Source of the DNA: Candidatus Arthromitus sp. SFB-mouse-Japan | GTDB lineage: Bacteria > Bacillota > Clostridia > Clostridiales > Clostridiaceae | DNA length: 32,000 nucleotides | Reading direction: 5' to 3' | NCBI RefSeq assembly: GCF_000270205.1 | Contig: NC_015913.1 | Location: forward strand, 540,109 to 572,108 | Shown: positions 23,893-32,000 of the stretch, in pieces | How the letters are laid out: each line of letters starts with the position of its first letter | How positions within the stretch are numbered: the stretch's first letter is position 1 | Position numbers and translations under genes: made by a program | Notes under the pieces: generated by a model | Seen by the model: the letters and a program-made list of their open reading frames with translations, nothing else | Database searches by the model: none | What the model was told of the DNA's origin: nothing

Positions 23893-24787
23893 AAGCATTT
23901 GAAAATGTGATAAAAATTTGAGTATTTGTTATCCTTGAATTGACTATCTTTTTTAATTCTTGCCGAATTTCATCTAATTCATCTATGGAAAATCTGCCGT
24001 TTAAACTTAATGTGATGTATATTTCGGTGAATTTACCAAGTTTTGATATAAATATATCATAAATTCTAATTTCTGGATAATTATGTTCAATTAATAACAT
24101 AAGTTCTTGTTCAGATTTATAGTGAATTCTTTTATAAGTTAAGATATTTATTTGATTTTTTAAGAGTTGTATTGGTTGATATGCGAAAAAAATAGTTAGA
24201 ATGATGACAATAATTGCATCCGAGATTGGGAATAGAGGTTTAAGAAATGGAATTACATTAAATAAAATAAATGCAATAGATGCGCCAAGGCTGAGTATTG
24301 CATCAATGCTTGCACCGATTGCTTCAGATTTTAAGACTTCTGAACAATTTTCATTTTTTTTGTTGTAGTGCTTATAGATTAAATATAAAGCAAAACAAAG
24401 GAGAGTCATTAATGCTCCATTAGTAATGATCAAATTTAAATCTACTTTGGGAATTAGATTTGGATCAGAAATAAATGTGGAAATAGTCATCATACTTGAG
24501 AAAATAGATGAGACAAGCAATATTATTATAAGAATTGATTTGAATAAAACATAAAGAGTCTCTTTGCTATATTGACCCAAAGGATATTTTTTCCTACTCG
24601 AGGTTTCGATGTCTTTAGAAATTTTTATTGCTATTATGACTGAAATAAATTGTATGAATGAGAACAATCCGTCTATTAATACTGCTTTTGATTTGGAAAA
24701 TATAAATAATATAATTCCTATAATAGCCATTAATAAGTTTAATATATTTCCACGTTTTAATGCTTTTTGCTCAATTGATAAATCCAT
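23879..24787 (-). CDS. Cation diffusion facilitator (CDF)-like transporter with divergent metal-site residues
   Basis: There are about six hydrophobic helices plus a C-terminal alpha/beta-like cytoplasmic domain (IRIYDIFISKLGKFTEIYITLSL...). LIDGLFSFIQF and ASIDAILS align with the CDF TM2/TM5 motifs (DxxHxxxD / HxxxD) but retain only some of the ligands. RBS GGGTGA lies upstream. Confidence 0.55.
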   Translation of the reverse strand: MDLSIEQKALKRGNILNLLMAIIGIILFIFSKSKAVLIDGLFSFIQFISVIIAIKISKDIETSSRKKYPLGQYSKETLYVLFKSILIIILLVSSIFSSMMTISTFISDPNLIPKVDLNLIITNGALMTLLCFALYLIYKHYNKKNENCSEVLKSEAIGASIDAILSLGASIAFILFNVIPFLKPLFPISDAIIVIILTIFFAYQPIQLLKNQINILTYKRIHYKSEQELMLLIEHNYPEIRIYDIFISKLGKFTEIYITLSLNGRFSIDELDEIRQELKKIVNSRITNTQIFITFSNALKKF

Positions 24788-24887
24788 TTTATCACCCTAA
24801 TTTTTATTAGAAATTCTACTTATAATTATTTTAACATATTTGGGTTATGGTGTTCAAAAATAAAATTAAAAATAAGCGTTTATTTTG

Positions 24888-24896
24888 TGGTAAAAT
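24888..24896 (+). promoter_or_regulatory. Extended -10 promoter element upstream of the MATE gene
   Basis: TGgTAAAAT (TG at 24888-24889, TAAAAT at 24891-24896) sits about 45 nt upstream of the TTG start. There is no convincing -35. Confidence 0.4.
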
Positions 24897-24940
24897 ATCG
24901 TAAGGCATATTTTTAAACAATTTATTGGAGGTTATTAATT

Positions 24941-26296
24941 TTGTTTTTTGTAAAGGATAAGAATTTCTATAGGAAAATATTAACTATAGCTGTGCCTATA
25001 ACATTACAAAGTCTTATAACTTTTGCAACTAATATGATGGATACAATAATGGTTGGAAGTCTTGGTGAGATAGCTTTGTCGGCAGCATCATTATCAGGAC
25101 AGATTTTTTTTGTATTGAGTGTTTTATGTTTTGGTATAGGTGGAGGAGGAGCAGTTTTAACTTCTCAGTTTTGGGGTAAAAAAGATATTAGTTCAATTTC
25201 AAAAACATTATCGATAACGATTAAGTTAAGTTTAGTGGTTGGAATTATAGCCATGATACTTGCTTTAACTATGCCAGATAAATTACTCGGATTTTATATA
25301 AATGATTCAGCGGTTATACAGGCTGGAGTTTCTTATTTAAAATTGGCATCTCTTATTTATCCGATTTTTGCTGTATTAACTATAACATCAATAATACTCA
25401 GAACTACATCTCAAATTAAAATTTCTGTTTTGGGAAATAGCGTAGCATTTGTACTTAATGTGTTTTTCAATTATATTTTTATATTTGGTAAATTTGGAAT
25501 GCCACAGATGGGTTTAACGGGAGCAGCGGTTGGTACAGTAATTTCAAGGATTGTTGAATTCTGTATAATAATGGGATATTTATTTTTTGTAGATAAAAAA
25601 ATACAATTCAGATTTAAGGATTTAATTAGTTTTGACAAATTGATATTTGTAAAATATCTTAGGAGTGGTATTAATGTTCTTATAAGCGATGCACTATTAG
25701 TTGCAGGACTTACAAGTCTTACAATGATATTAGGAAGGCTTGGACCTGAAATGATTGCAGCAAATAGTATTTGTAGTATAGTAATTCAACTTTCGACGGT
25801 ATTTATAAATGGAATATCAAGTTCAGGACTTGTTATAATAGGAAATACAATTGGAGAAGGGAAATTTTCGCTTGCGAAGGAGCAATCTAGGACGTTCTTA
25901 TTAATTTCTATAATAGTTGGAATAATAGCATCTTTATTAATTATTATAATGAAACATTTCATTATAGATTTTTATAATGTTGAACAAGTAACAAAGGACA
26001 TAGCTCATGAATTAATGAATGGGGCAATATTTATTATAATTTTCCAAGTTCCATCTTCTGTATTAACGAAAGGTATTTTGCGTGGAGGAGGAGATACAAA
26101 ATTTTTGGTATTTGCTGATGTTTTGTTTTTATGGCTATTATCAATACCACTTGGTATGTTAGCAGCATTTGTGTTTAAATTTTCACCAGCTTTTATATAT
26201 ATTTGCTTGAAATTTGATGAAATAATAAAGGCCATTTGGTGTAGCGTAAGAATGATTGGTAATAAATGGATTAAAGATGTTACTGTAAAAAATTAA
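24941..26296 (+). CDS. MATE family multidrug/toxic-compound efflux transporter
   Basis: The N-terminus ILTIAVPITLQSLITFATNMMDTIMVGSLGEIALSAASL is typical of the family. There are about 12 hydrophobic segments over 451 aa. TTG start 9 nt after GGAGG. Confidence 0.88.
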   Translation: MFFVKDKNFYRKILTIAVPITLQSLITFATNMMDTIMVGSLGEIALSAASLSGQIFFVLSVLCFGIGGGGAVLTSQFWGKKDISSISKTLSITIKLSLVVGIIAMILALTMPDKLLGFYINDSAVIQAGVSYLKLASLIYPIFAVLTITSIILRTTSQIKISVLGNSVAFVLNVFFNYIFIFGKFGMPQMGLTGAAVGTVISRIVEFCIIMGYLFFVDKKIQFRFKDLISFDKLIFVKYLRSGINVLISDALLVAGLTSLTMILGRLGPEMIAANSICSIVIQLSTVFINGISSSGLVIIGNTIGEGKFSLAKEQSRTFLLISIIVGIIASLLIIIMKHFIIDFYNVEQVTKDIAHELMNGAIFIIIFQVPSSVLTKGILRGGGDTKFLVFADVLFLWLLSIPLGMLAAFVFKFSPAFIYICLKFDEIIKAIWCSVRMIGNKWIKDVTVKN

Positions 26297-26323
26297 TGTA
26301 CTTTAATTAGAGAAGGGATTTAT

Positions 26324-27028
26324 ATGGGATGTTTATTTAGGATAATTAAATCATTCATAGTGGTATCATTATTTGTTATTATTTTAGTTCTAGCGAGAGG
26401 TTTTTTATTTTATAAGGATGCATTGGACAAGACGCCTTTAAGTGTTAAAGTGAGTGAGATTACTTCAAACTCAAATTATGTAACTATAGATAATATTTCA
26501 GATAGTATGAAAAAGTTTATTGTAACTGTTGAAGATAAGAGGTTTTATACACATAGTGGTATTGATATAACCGCAATAGTAAGTTCGATGATCAGTAATT
26601 TATCTGTTGGATATTATAAATATGGTGGGAGTACGATAACTCAACAATTAGCGAAGAATATGTATTTTTCGAATGATAAGAATATTACGAGGAAAATTGC
26701 TGAAATGTTTACTGCGTTTAAAATTGAAAGAGAGTACTCTAAAGATAAAATTTTGGAAATGTATTTAAATCAGATATATTTTGGACACGGATATTACGGA
26801 ATAAATTCTGCAAGTTATGGATACTTTGGGGTATCTCCAAAGGATTTAACAAGATATCAATCTTCATTACTTGCTGGTATACCACAATCTCCTAGCATGT
26901 ATGATTTAAAAACTAAAAATAAATCAATGGGAAAGCGATATTCAGTTGTTCTTAAGAATTTATTGAAAAATGGGGATATAACAATTGACGAGGTAAAGAA
27001 GTTTGAAGATGATTATAAGGCATCATGA
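26324..27028 (+). CDS. Monofunctional peptidoglycan glycosyltransferase (GT51 family, no transpeptidase domain)
   Basis: An N-terminal membrane anchor precedes the GT51 motifs EDKRFYTHSGID, GGSTITQQLAKN, RKIAEMFTAFKIEREYSKDKILEMYLNQIYFG and GIPQSP. It starts 27 nt after the MATE stop. Confidence 0.9.
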   Translation: MGCLFRIIKSFIVVSLFVIILVLARGFLFYKDALDKTPLSVKVSEITSNSNYVTIDNISDSMKKFIVTVEDKRFYTHSGIDITAIVSSMISNLSVGYYKYGGSTITQQLAKNMYFSNDKNITRKIAEMFTAFKIEREYSKDKILEMYLNQIYFGHGYYGINSASYGYFGVSPKDLTRYQSSLLAGIPQSPSMYDLKTKNKSMGKRYSVVLKNLLKNGDITIDEVKKFEDDYKAS

Positions 27029-27051
27029 TTTGATTCATGATGCCTTTTTAT
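27017..27051 (+). terminator. Rho-independent terminator
   Basis: A 12-bp stem AAGGCATCATGA (27017-27028) / TCATGATGCCTT (27035-27046) followed by TTTTATTT. It overlaps the stop codon. Confidence 0.8.
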
Positions 27052-27117
27052 TTATGTTATAATGTAATTGATTTATGTTAACTCATATTTATTAGGATAA
27101 AATTAAGGAGAATTGAG

Positions 27118-27705
27118 ATGAATTTAAATAAAACTGAGCGAAATATAATTATAGATATTGATAATTACAAAAATAAGTATTTAAATGATCCGATTTTTAC
27201 GAAATACGTAATAGAGTTTTCTGAAAAGGGTGGGGCTACAGCATTTTTAACTAATAATTTTACAAATTTTAAAATATTAAAAGAGTCAACGAGTTTACCA
27301 GTATTTTTTGAAGTTGATAGACAATTTAATGGAATAATAAATATAGATCCTGAATTTTTAATTATAGATATAGTTAACTTTGATGGTATTTATGAACAAT
27401 TAAATGAATTTTTAAATGGAATTAGAGATAAATTTAAGGGAAAAATAATCGGTAAGATTTTTAATAAGAAACAGGCTATATTGGCGTGTAAATTATATTT
27501 GGATGGTATTTTGATTGATGTATCTGAAAATAATTTTGATAAAGATTTTATAGCCGAAATTTATTTTGATATAAATATATCTGTTATATTAAGAATTAAA
27601 TCTTTAGATATAAATAGTTGCAAGGATTTAGTTAAAATTGGTATAAATTACTTTATTTTGGGGGAGGATATAACTAATCCTAATAAAATTCTGAGTAAGA
27701 TTTAA
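27118..27705 (+). CDS. Hypothetical protein; possible eroded OMP-decarboxylase-like barrel (tentative)
   Basis: RBS AAGGAGAA lies upstream. By eye, IIIDIDNY, VFFEVDRQFNG, YLDGILIDVSE and the C-terminal GINYFILGEDITNPNK fall in the same order as PyrF segments (IIALDF, LFLDLKLHDIP, GLDGVVCS, IVVGRSITKAEDP). The DxKxxD catalytic residues are not conserved and the protein is about 40 aa shorter. Confidence 0.3.
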   Translation: MNLNKTERNIIIDIDNYKNKYLNDPIFTKYVIEFSEKGGATAFLTNNFTNFKILKESTSLPVFFEVDRQFNGIINIDPEFLIIDIVNFDGIYEQLNEFLNGIRDKFKGKIIGKIFNKKQAILACKLYLDGILIDVSENNFDKDFIAEIYFDINISVILRIKSLDINSCKDLVKIGINYFILGEDITNPNKILSKI

Positions 27706-27706
27706 A

Positions 27707-27746
27707 AAAACTATACTTCTTAACTGAAGTATAGTTTTAATTTTTT
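27707..27746. terminator. Terminator hairpin shared by convergent genes
   Basis: A 13-bp stem AAAACTATACTTC (27707-27719) / GAAGTATAGTTTT (27726-27738) followed by AATTTTTT. Confidence 0.8.
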
Positions 27747-28243
27747 GCTGAACTCATTATCAAAATTTTTAAAACCTTTTCTTTATATATCAATTCTGTA
27801 ATCATATCCAAATTTTTAATTATTTCATCAAATGATATATTCAAATTCAAATATAAATTACTATCAATTATTCGCTTTGATTTTAGAAAATATTTTTTAT
27901 CAAATGAAAAATATTTATTGTTTAATTTAGGTGATGATATATTTTCATTGAAGACGTCTTTATGATTAATGTATAAAAAATCTATTATGTTTGGATAAAG
28001 ATCAAATAAAGAAGGATTGTAGAATACTAAATCATTGATCTTAATTCCACAAAATTTTTTATACCCTAGGGTGTACTCATTAGCTGGTATGTTTTTAAAA
28101 TATATCTTTACTTCTGAGGTATTATTTAATTTGGCAGCAGACATAATTATATTTTCGATTTCTTCATTTTTGAGGTTATAGGTATTTTTTTCATGATTAT
28201 TGTTACGAATAATTTTGAATTTATAATTTTGATTATTTTGCAT
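27737..28243 (-). CDS. Hypothetical protein
   Basis: A 168-aa ORF with RBS GGAGAC upstream of the ATG at 28243. It lies downstream of, and in the same orientation as, the RpiR-like gene. No recognisable motifs. Confidence 0.5.
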   Translation of the reverse strand: MQNNQNYKFKIIRNNNHEKNTYNLKNEEIENIIMSAAKLNNTSEVKIYFKNIPANEYTLGYKKFCGIKINDLVFYNPSLFDLYPNIIDFLYINHKDVFNENISSPKLNNKYFSFDKKYFLKSKRIIDSNLYLNLNISFDEIIKNLDMITELIYKEKVLKILIMSSAKN

Positions 28244-28316
28244 AATTAGTCTCCATATTTTAAAGTAGTATATTAAATATTGTATTTATATTTTAAAAAA
28301 GTATGTAGAGGCATAT

Positions 28317-29048
28317 TTAATTTTTAATATTGACTAGTTCGATTAGTTTTGAAATTATAAGATCAATGAAGATGAAAAAATTACCACTGCAATTTAAATT
28401 GTATGTTTTCATTAGTTTGTTTTCTGGTAAAAATACAAATAACGAAGCTGAGTTATTTATATTTTTTATCATTGTATTTGATAAAACGATAATTGTTTTG
28501 TTTGATAATCTCTCTAATGAATTTCTTAGAGCAATATCTCTAATAGAATCAACTATGTAAATGATTAATGGTGCATCTTTATTTTTTGAGTTTATTTTTA
28601 AGGATGATGTTATGCTTGTTTTAATATTTAGGCATTTTAGTTTATCCTCAAAATACTGTGCTATTATTTTATATGATTCTGAAAATAGGAGTGACACTTC
28701 TTTGTATTTGAAGAGGAAATCGGATATTAGATTTATATGGGTTTCGTTGAGATTTTGAATGAAATTGTTTAACAAATCTTTTGATATGTTGTACATATTA
28801 TTTTTATTTGATAGTTCTGCTTTAGAACATTCATTTAGTATAGAAATTAAATTTTCGTAGCTATCCAAGTTTAATTTACTGCAAAATTTATTTATTGAAT
28901 ATTCGCTTAAGTTTAAAGATAAACTGAGTTCTTTTATATTCATTTGTGAGACGTGTGATATGTTGCATGAAATAAAATTGAATATAAATTTTTCCTTTTC
29001 AGACAGAGAATTAAAAAAGTCTCCAAACATTTCCTTAAATAAATTCAT
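28317..29048 (-). CDS. RpiR/MurR-like HTH transcriptional regulator with a degenerate SIS-like C-terminal domain
   Basis: The N-terminus LSEKEKFIFNFISCNISHVSQMNIKELSLSLNLSEYSINKFCSKLNLDSYENLISIL matches the RpiR HTH_6 layout (LS..E..IA.YI......MSI.ELA....VS..TI.RF.KKLG..GF.EF). The C-terminal half has alternating beta/alpha character, but the SIS GxGxS loop is not recognisable. RBS GGTGGTGA lies upstream. Confidence 0.55.
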   Translation of the reverse strand: MNLFKEMFGDFFNSLSEKEKFIFNFISCNISHVSQMNIKELSLSLNLSEYSINKFCSKLNLDSYENLISILNECSKAELSNKNNMYNISKDLLNNFIQNLNETHINLISDFLFKYKEVSLLFSESYKIIAQYFEDKLKCLNIKTSITSSLKINSKNKDAPLIIYIVDSIRDIALRNSLERLSNKTIIVLSNTMIKNINNSASLFVFLPENKLMKTYNLNCSGNFFIFIDLIISKLIELVNIKN

Positions 29049-29145
29049 ATTATCACCACCTAGAAAATAATTTTACTCCTAATAAATTTTTAAAAACTTA
29101 CGATTTAAAAGTTGATTGATAAATTTTTATTGGGAGGTTTATACG

Positions 29146-29493
29146 ATGAATAGTTTATGTGAACATAAATTGAATAAAAAATTTTTAAAGTATGCCCTCC
29201 TGCTAGGCGGAGTGGCAATAATTTCATTACACATAGGTAAAAGTATGTTAAAGAAAAAACGTAATGAGCATTCTTATAATTTAATAGATTGCTATATTTC
29301 AAAGATCAATAATTTTGATGATTTGGAAGGTTTGGTTTACAGTAATGGAACCCAAGTTATTTTAGATGAGACGAGTGGAGTAGTATCAATAGTGTTTATT
29401 AATGCTGATGGAAAAGCTGAAATCATTGAGATATCTGATAGCGATTTAAGTGAATTAATTTCTAATAGGTTTTTTGATACAGCTAAGAATTAA
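29146..29493 (+). CDS. Small membrane-anchored hypothetical protein (115 aa)
   Basis: I prefer the ATG at 29146, 8 nt after GGGAGG (29132-29137), over the ORF-track start at 29116. There is a single hydrophobic helix, YALLLGGVAIISLHIG. Confidence 0.55.
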   Translation: MNSLCEHKLNKKFLKYALLLGGVAIISLHIGKSMLKKKRNEHSYNLIDCYISKINNFDDLEGLVYSNGTQVILDETSGVVSIVFINADGKAEIIEISDSDLSELISNRFFDTAKN

Positions 29494-29514
29494 TTTTATT
29501 AGAAATTTTTTATG

Positions 29515-29543
29515 TTGTAAACCATGCATAAATATTTTAAAAT
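29515..29543 (+). promoter_or_regulatory. Candidate sigma-A-type promoter
   Basis: TTGTAA (29515-29520), a 17-nt spacer, then TAAAAT (29538-29543). In DNA this AT-rich, chance matches are common. Confidence 0.3.
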
Positions 29544-29561
29544 ATTTTATAAATGTTTGGA

Positions 29562-29595
29562 AATTAACCACTATTTTTATAGTGGTTAATTTTAT
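29562..29595 (+). terminator. Terminator-like hairpin 20 nt upstream of the U32 start codon
   Basis: A 13-bp stem AATTAACCACTAT (29562-29574) / ATAGTGGTTAATT (29579-29591) with loop TTTT, followed by TTATATATTT. It lies 69 nt after the stop of the preceding gene. Confidence 0.6.
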
Positions 29596-29615
29596 ATATT
29601 TGGAGGAAGAATTTT

Positions 29616-31964
29616 ATGTCAGTTGAGCTATTAGCTCCAGTTGGAAGTTATGAGTCTTTTATCGGTGCAATTAATGAAGGTGCGGATGCTATATATTTGG
29701 GGGGTGAAAAATTTTCTGCAAGGGCGAATTGTGAGAAATTTTCAGATGAAGAATTTCAATATATGATTGATTATGCTCATGAATATGAGGTCAAAGTTTA
29801 TGTTGCTTTCAATACTCTTATAAAGCAAGAGGAGCTTAAAGAAGCTTTTGAATATGGGTTGAAGTTGTATAACATGGGTGTGGATGCTTTAATAGTTCAA
29901 GATCCTGGGCTTATATATATGTTTACAAAATTTAAGGAACTTGAGGTTCATGCGTCAACTCAATTAAGTATACATAATTTATTTGGTGCAAAGTATTTTA
30001 AAGATAACGGAATAACTCGTATTGTGGTTGCGAGGGAATTATCTATTGAGGATATAAGAACTATTTCTGAGGAAGTTGAAACTGAGGGATTTATTCATGG
30101 AGCAATTTGTGTTAGTTATTCGGGTCAATGTACTATGAGTGGACTTATATCAGATAGAAGTGGGAATAGGGGAAGGTGTGCTCAGCCCTGTCGTATGGAA
30201 TATTCTTTGATAGATGATAATAGTAAATTTCATAAAACAGGTTTTCTCATGAGTACAAAAGATTTGATGACTATAAATATTTTGCCAAAACTTTTAAAGG
30301 AAACGAAGATTAAATCATTAAAGATTGAGGGAAGAATGAAACGTGGAGAGTATGTTGTGAATACGGTTCGTTCTTATAAGGAAGTAATAAGGGAGATTGA
30401 AAAAAATAAGGAAGTTACAGATTTATATATAAAGAAAAAGGAAGATGATTTATTAAAAGTATTTAATAGAGAGGGATTTACAAATGGATATATGCTTGGT
30501 TATGAAGGTGAGAAGTTTTTATCTGTAAATAACCCTAAAAATCAAGGCACATATTTAGGAGAGATGTTAAATGATGGATATATTATTTTGAAGAATGATG
30601 TGTCACTTGGAGATGGAATTTCTTCGTTATATGATGGATGTATTTTAACAAAGATACTTTATAATAATGAAAAGGTATCTGTAGGAAAGTCTGGCATGAA
30701 GGTTAAATTATTTCCAACGAGATTTTCAAAAGGAGATAAAATTTTTAAGACTAATGATCAAAAATTTGAGAGAGAATTGAGGGAGAGTTTTAAAAAAGAA
30801 TATGTAAATAAAAATTATGTTAATGCTAATTTTGTATTTGAAGTTAATAAACCTATGACTTTAGAACTTAAATATAAGGGTTATAGGGTGAAAGTATTTG
30901 GTGGGGTTGTTGATGAAGCCATAAATACTCCTTTAGACAGAGATAGGATTATAACTCAGTTAAAGAAAGGAAGTATTGGAAGCTTTTCTATAGGTGAGGT
31001 TAGTTTGAATTACCAGGAGGGATATATAAATATTTCAAAGATAAATGAATTAAGAAGAGAGTCTCTAACTAAGTTAAGAGATAAGGTGGTTAATAGTTAT
31101 CACAATAATTTTGAATTTAGTTTTGATGAAAATTTTTTAGCTGATAAAAAAGATATTCAAAATGATGATGAAAGTTATATTATTTATGTTTCAACTCAAG
31201 AACAGTTTAATGTTGTTTATGAAAATGGATATAGAAATATTATAATATCTCCTTTTATATATAGAAGAAAATTAGACTTTGAAAGTATTTTATCGAAGGG
31301 TGATTTAAATTTATATGTGAAATTTCCAACAATAATAAAAGATAGTGAAATGGAAAAAATATTTAGAGTATTTGAAAAATTTAAAGATAGTATAAAAGGA
31401 ATTTTAACAAGTAATGCAGGTATACTTAGACATTTTAGAGGTTCAGACTATGAAATAATAGGAGATGTTAAACTAAATGTATTCAATGAAGTTTCAACTA
31501 GATTTTATAAAGAAATAGATATTTTTACAATAAGTGTGGAACTGTCTAGGAAAGAAATATTTGATTTATCTACGATAAGCGATAAAAAACTTTGTATGTT
31601 TGTTTACGGGAAGACGGACATAATGGTTAGTGAATATTGTCCAATAGGAACATTTGTAGGGAAAAGGTCTTTAAATAATAAGTGTTCACGACCTTGTACT
31701 AGGGACAATTTTTATTTAAAAGACAGGGTTAATAATAAGCTACTTTTAACAACGGAAATTAATTGTAAAATTCATACATATAAAGAGAAACCTATTGATT
31801 TAATAAGTCAGATTAATGAGATTAAAAATAAAAATATAAATGTTTTTAGGTTAGATTTTATTGATGAAAGTTGTGAAGATGTTCAGAAAATATTAAATAA
31901 TTTGTTTGAAAAACGTTCAGCTAAAAATGCATTTAGTGGGAACTATTATAAGCCTGTTGAGTAA
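29616..31964 (+). CDS. U32-family protein (annotated 'collagenase-like peptidase' family; long two-module form)
   Basis: The N-terminus is LLAPVGSYESFIGAINEGADAIYLGG. The U32 signature region is EGFIHGAICVSYSGQCTMSGLISDRSGNRGRCAQPCR. A second Cys-rich segment, MVSEYCPIGTFVGKRSLNNKCSRPC, lies near the C-terminus. RBS GGAGGAAG lies upstream. Length is 782 aa. Confidence 0.88.
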   Translation: MSVELLAPVGSYESFIGAINEGADAIYLGGEKFSARANCEKFSDEEFQYMIDYAHEYEVKVYVAFNTLIKQEELKEAFEYGLKLYNMGVDALIVQDPGLIYMFTKFKELEVHASTQLSIHNLFGAKYFKDNGITRIVVARELSIEDIRTISEEVETEGFIHGAICVSYSGQCTMSGLISDRSGNRGRCAQPCRMEYSLIDDNSKFHKTGFLMSTKDLMTINILPKLLKETKIKSLKIEGRMKRGEYVVNTVRSYKEVIREIEKNKEVTDLYIKKKEDDLLKVFNREGFTNGYMLGYEGEKFLSVNNPKNQGTYLGEMLNDGYIILKNDVSLGDGISSLYDGCILTKILYNNEKVSVGKSGMKVKLFPTRFSKGDKIFKTNDQKFERELRESFKKEYVNKNYVNANFVFEVNKPMTLELKYKGYRVKVFGGVVDEAINTPLDRDRIITQLKKGSIGSFSIGEVSLNYQEGYINISKINELRRESLTKLRDKVVNSYHNNFEFSFDENFLADKKDIQNDDESYIIYVSTQEQFNVVYENGYRNIIISPFIYRRKLDFESILSKGDLNLYVKFPTIIKDSEMEKIFRVFEKFKDSIKGILTSNAGILRHFRGSDYEIIGDVKLNVFNEVSTRFYKEIDIFTISVELSRKEIFDLSTISDKKLCMFVYGKTDIMVSEYCPIGTFVGKRSLNNKCSRPCTRDNFYLKDRVNNKLLLTTEINCKIHTYKEKPIDLISQINEIKNKNINVFRLDFIDESCEDVQKILNNLFEKRSAKNAFSGNYYKPVE

Positions 31965-31980
31965 TAGGGGAGGTAATCAA

Positions 31981-32000
31981 ATGAATTCTAGAGTTTTAAA
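31981..32000 (+). CDS. Start of an unidentified gene running off the window
   Basis: ATG at 31981, 7 nt after GGGGAGG (31967-31973). Only 6 codons (MNSRVL) are visible. Confidence 0.4.

Noticed and set aside
24609-29302. Short ORFs 24609-24800 (+), 26005-26235 (-), 28330-28560 (+), 28561-28758 (+) and 29105-29302 (-).
   Set aside because: Each is antisense to a longer gene with recognisable family motifs (CDF-like, MATE, RpiR-like) or to the small membrane-protein gene. They are most likely chance ORFs.
22521-29591. Two terminator hairpins (22521-22548 and 29562-29591) both built on TTAACCA...TGGTTAA, which might suggest a dispersed palindromic repeat family (REP/MITE-like).
   Set aside because: There are only two copies, the inner stem sequences differ, both are in canonical terminator positions with T-runs, and no flanking direct repeats are present. 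Coincidence or ordinary terminator convergence is more likely.

Overview
This is a very AT-rich (by eye well under 30% GC, not computed), gene-dense chromosomal segment. It looks like a low-GC Firmicute of the Clostridia type: GGAGG-type RBSs, several TTG/GTG starts, and hairpin plus T-run terminators. Recognisable core genes are recJ, a soluble PAS histidine kinase, murG, zapA, rubrerythrin, a CDF-like transporter, a MATE exporter, a monofunctional GT51 peptidoglycan glycosyltransferase, an RpiR-like regulator and a long U32-family protein. One third of the window (12003-22516) is a two-gene operon encoding colinear giant secreted proteins of 1461 and about 2034 aa. Each is built from about 12 Fn3-like modules of roughly 100 aa plus a conserved twin DUF4214-like C-terminal cassette, and neither has a recognisable Gram-positive wall anchor. 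The second paralogue also carries a unique N-terminal region of about 635 aa. This pair is my main candidate for an undescribed system, possibly a surface fibre or adhesin pair. The first 4.5 kb looks like a decaying accessory patch. It holds an LMW protein-tyrosine-phosphatase gene frameshifted in a T7 run, a secreted repeat-protein gene with an in-frame TAA just after its signal peptide, an orphan phage-type (DUF2815/Enc34-like) ssDNA-binding gene, and a CotS-like kinase-fold gene. I saw no tRNA, rRNA, CRISPR array, transposase or integrase. All family calls come from motif recognition by eye; no searches or computations were run.
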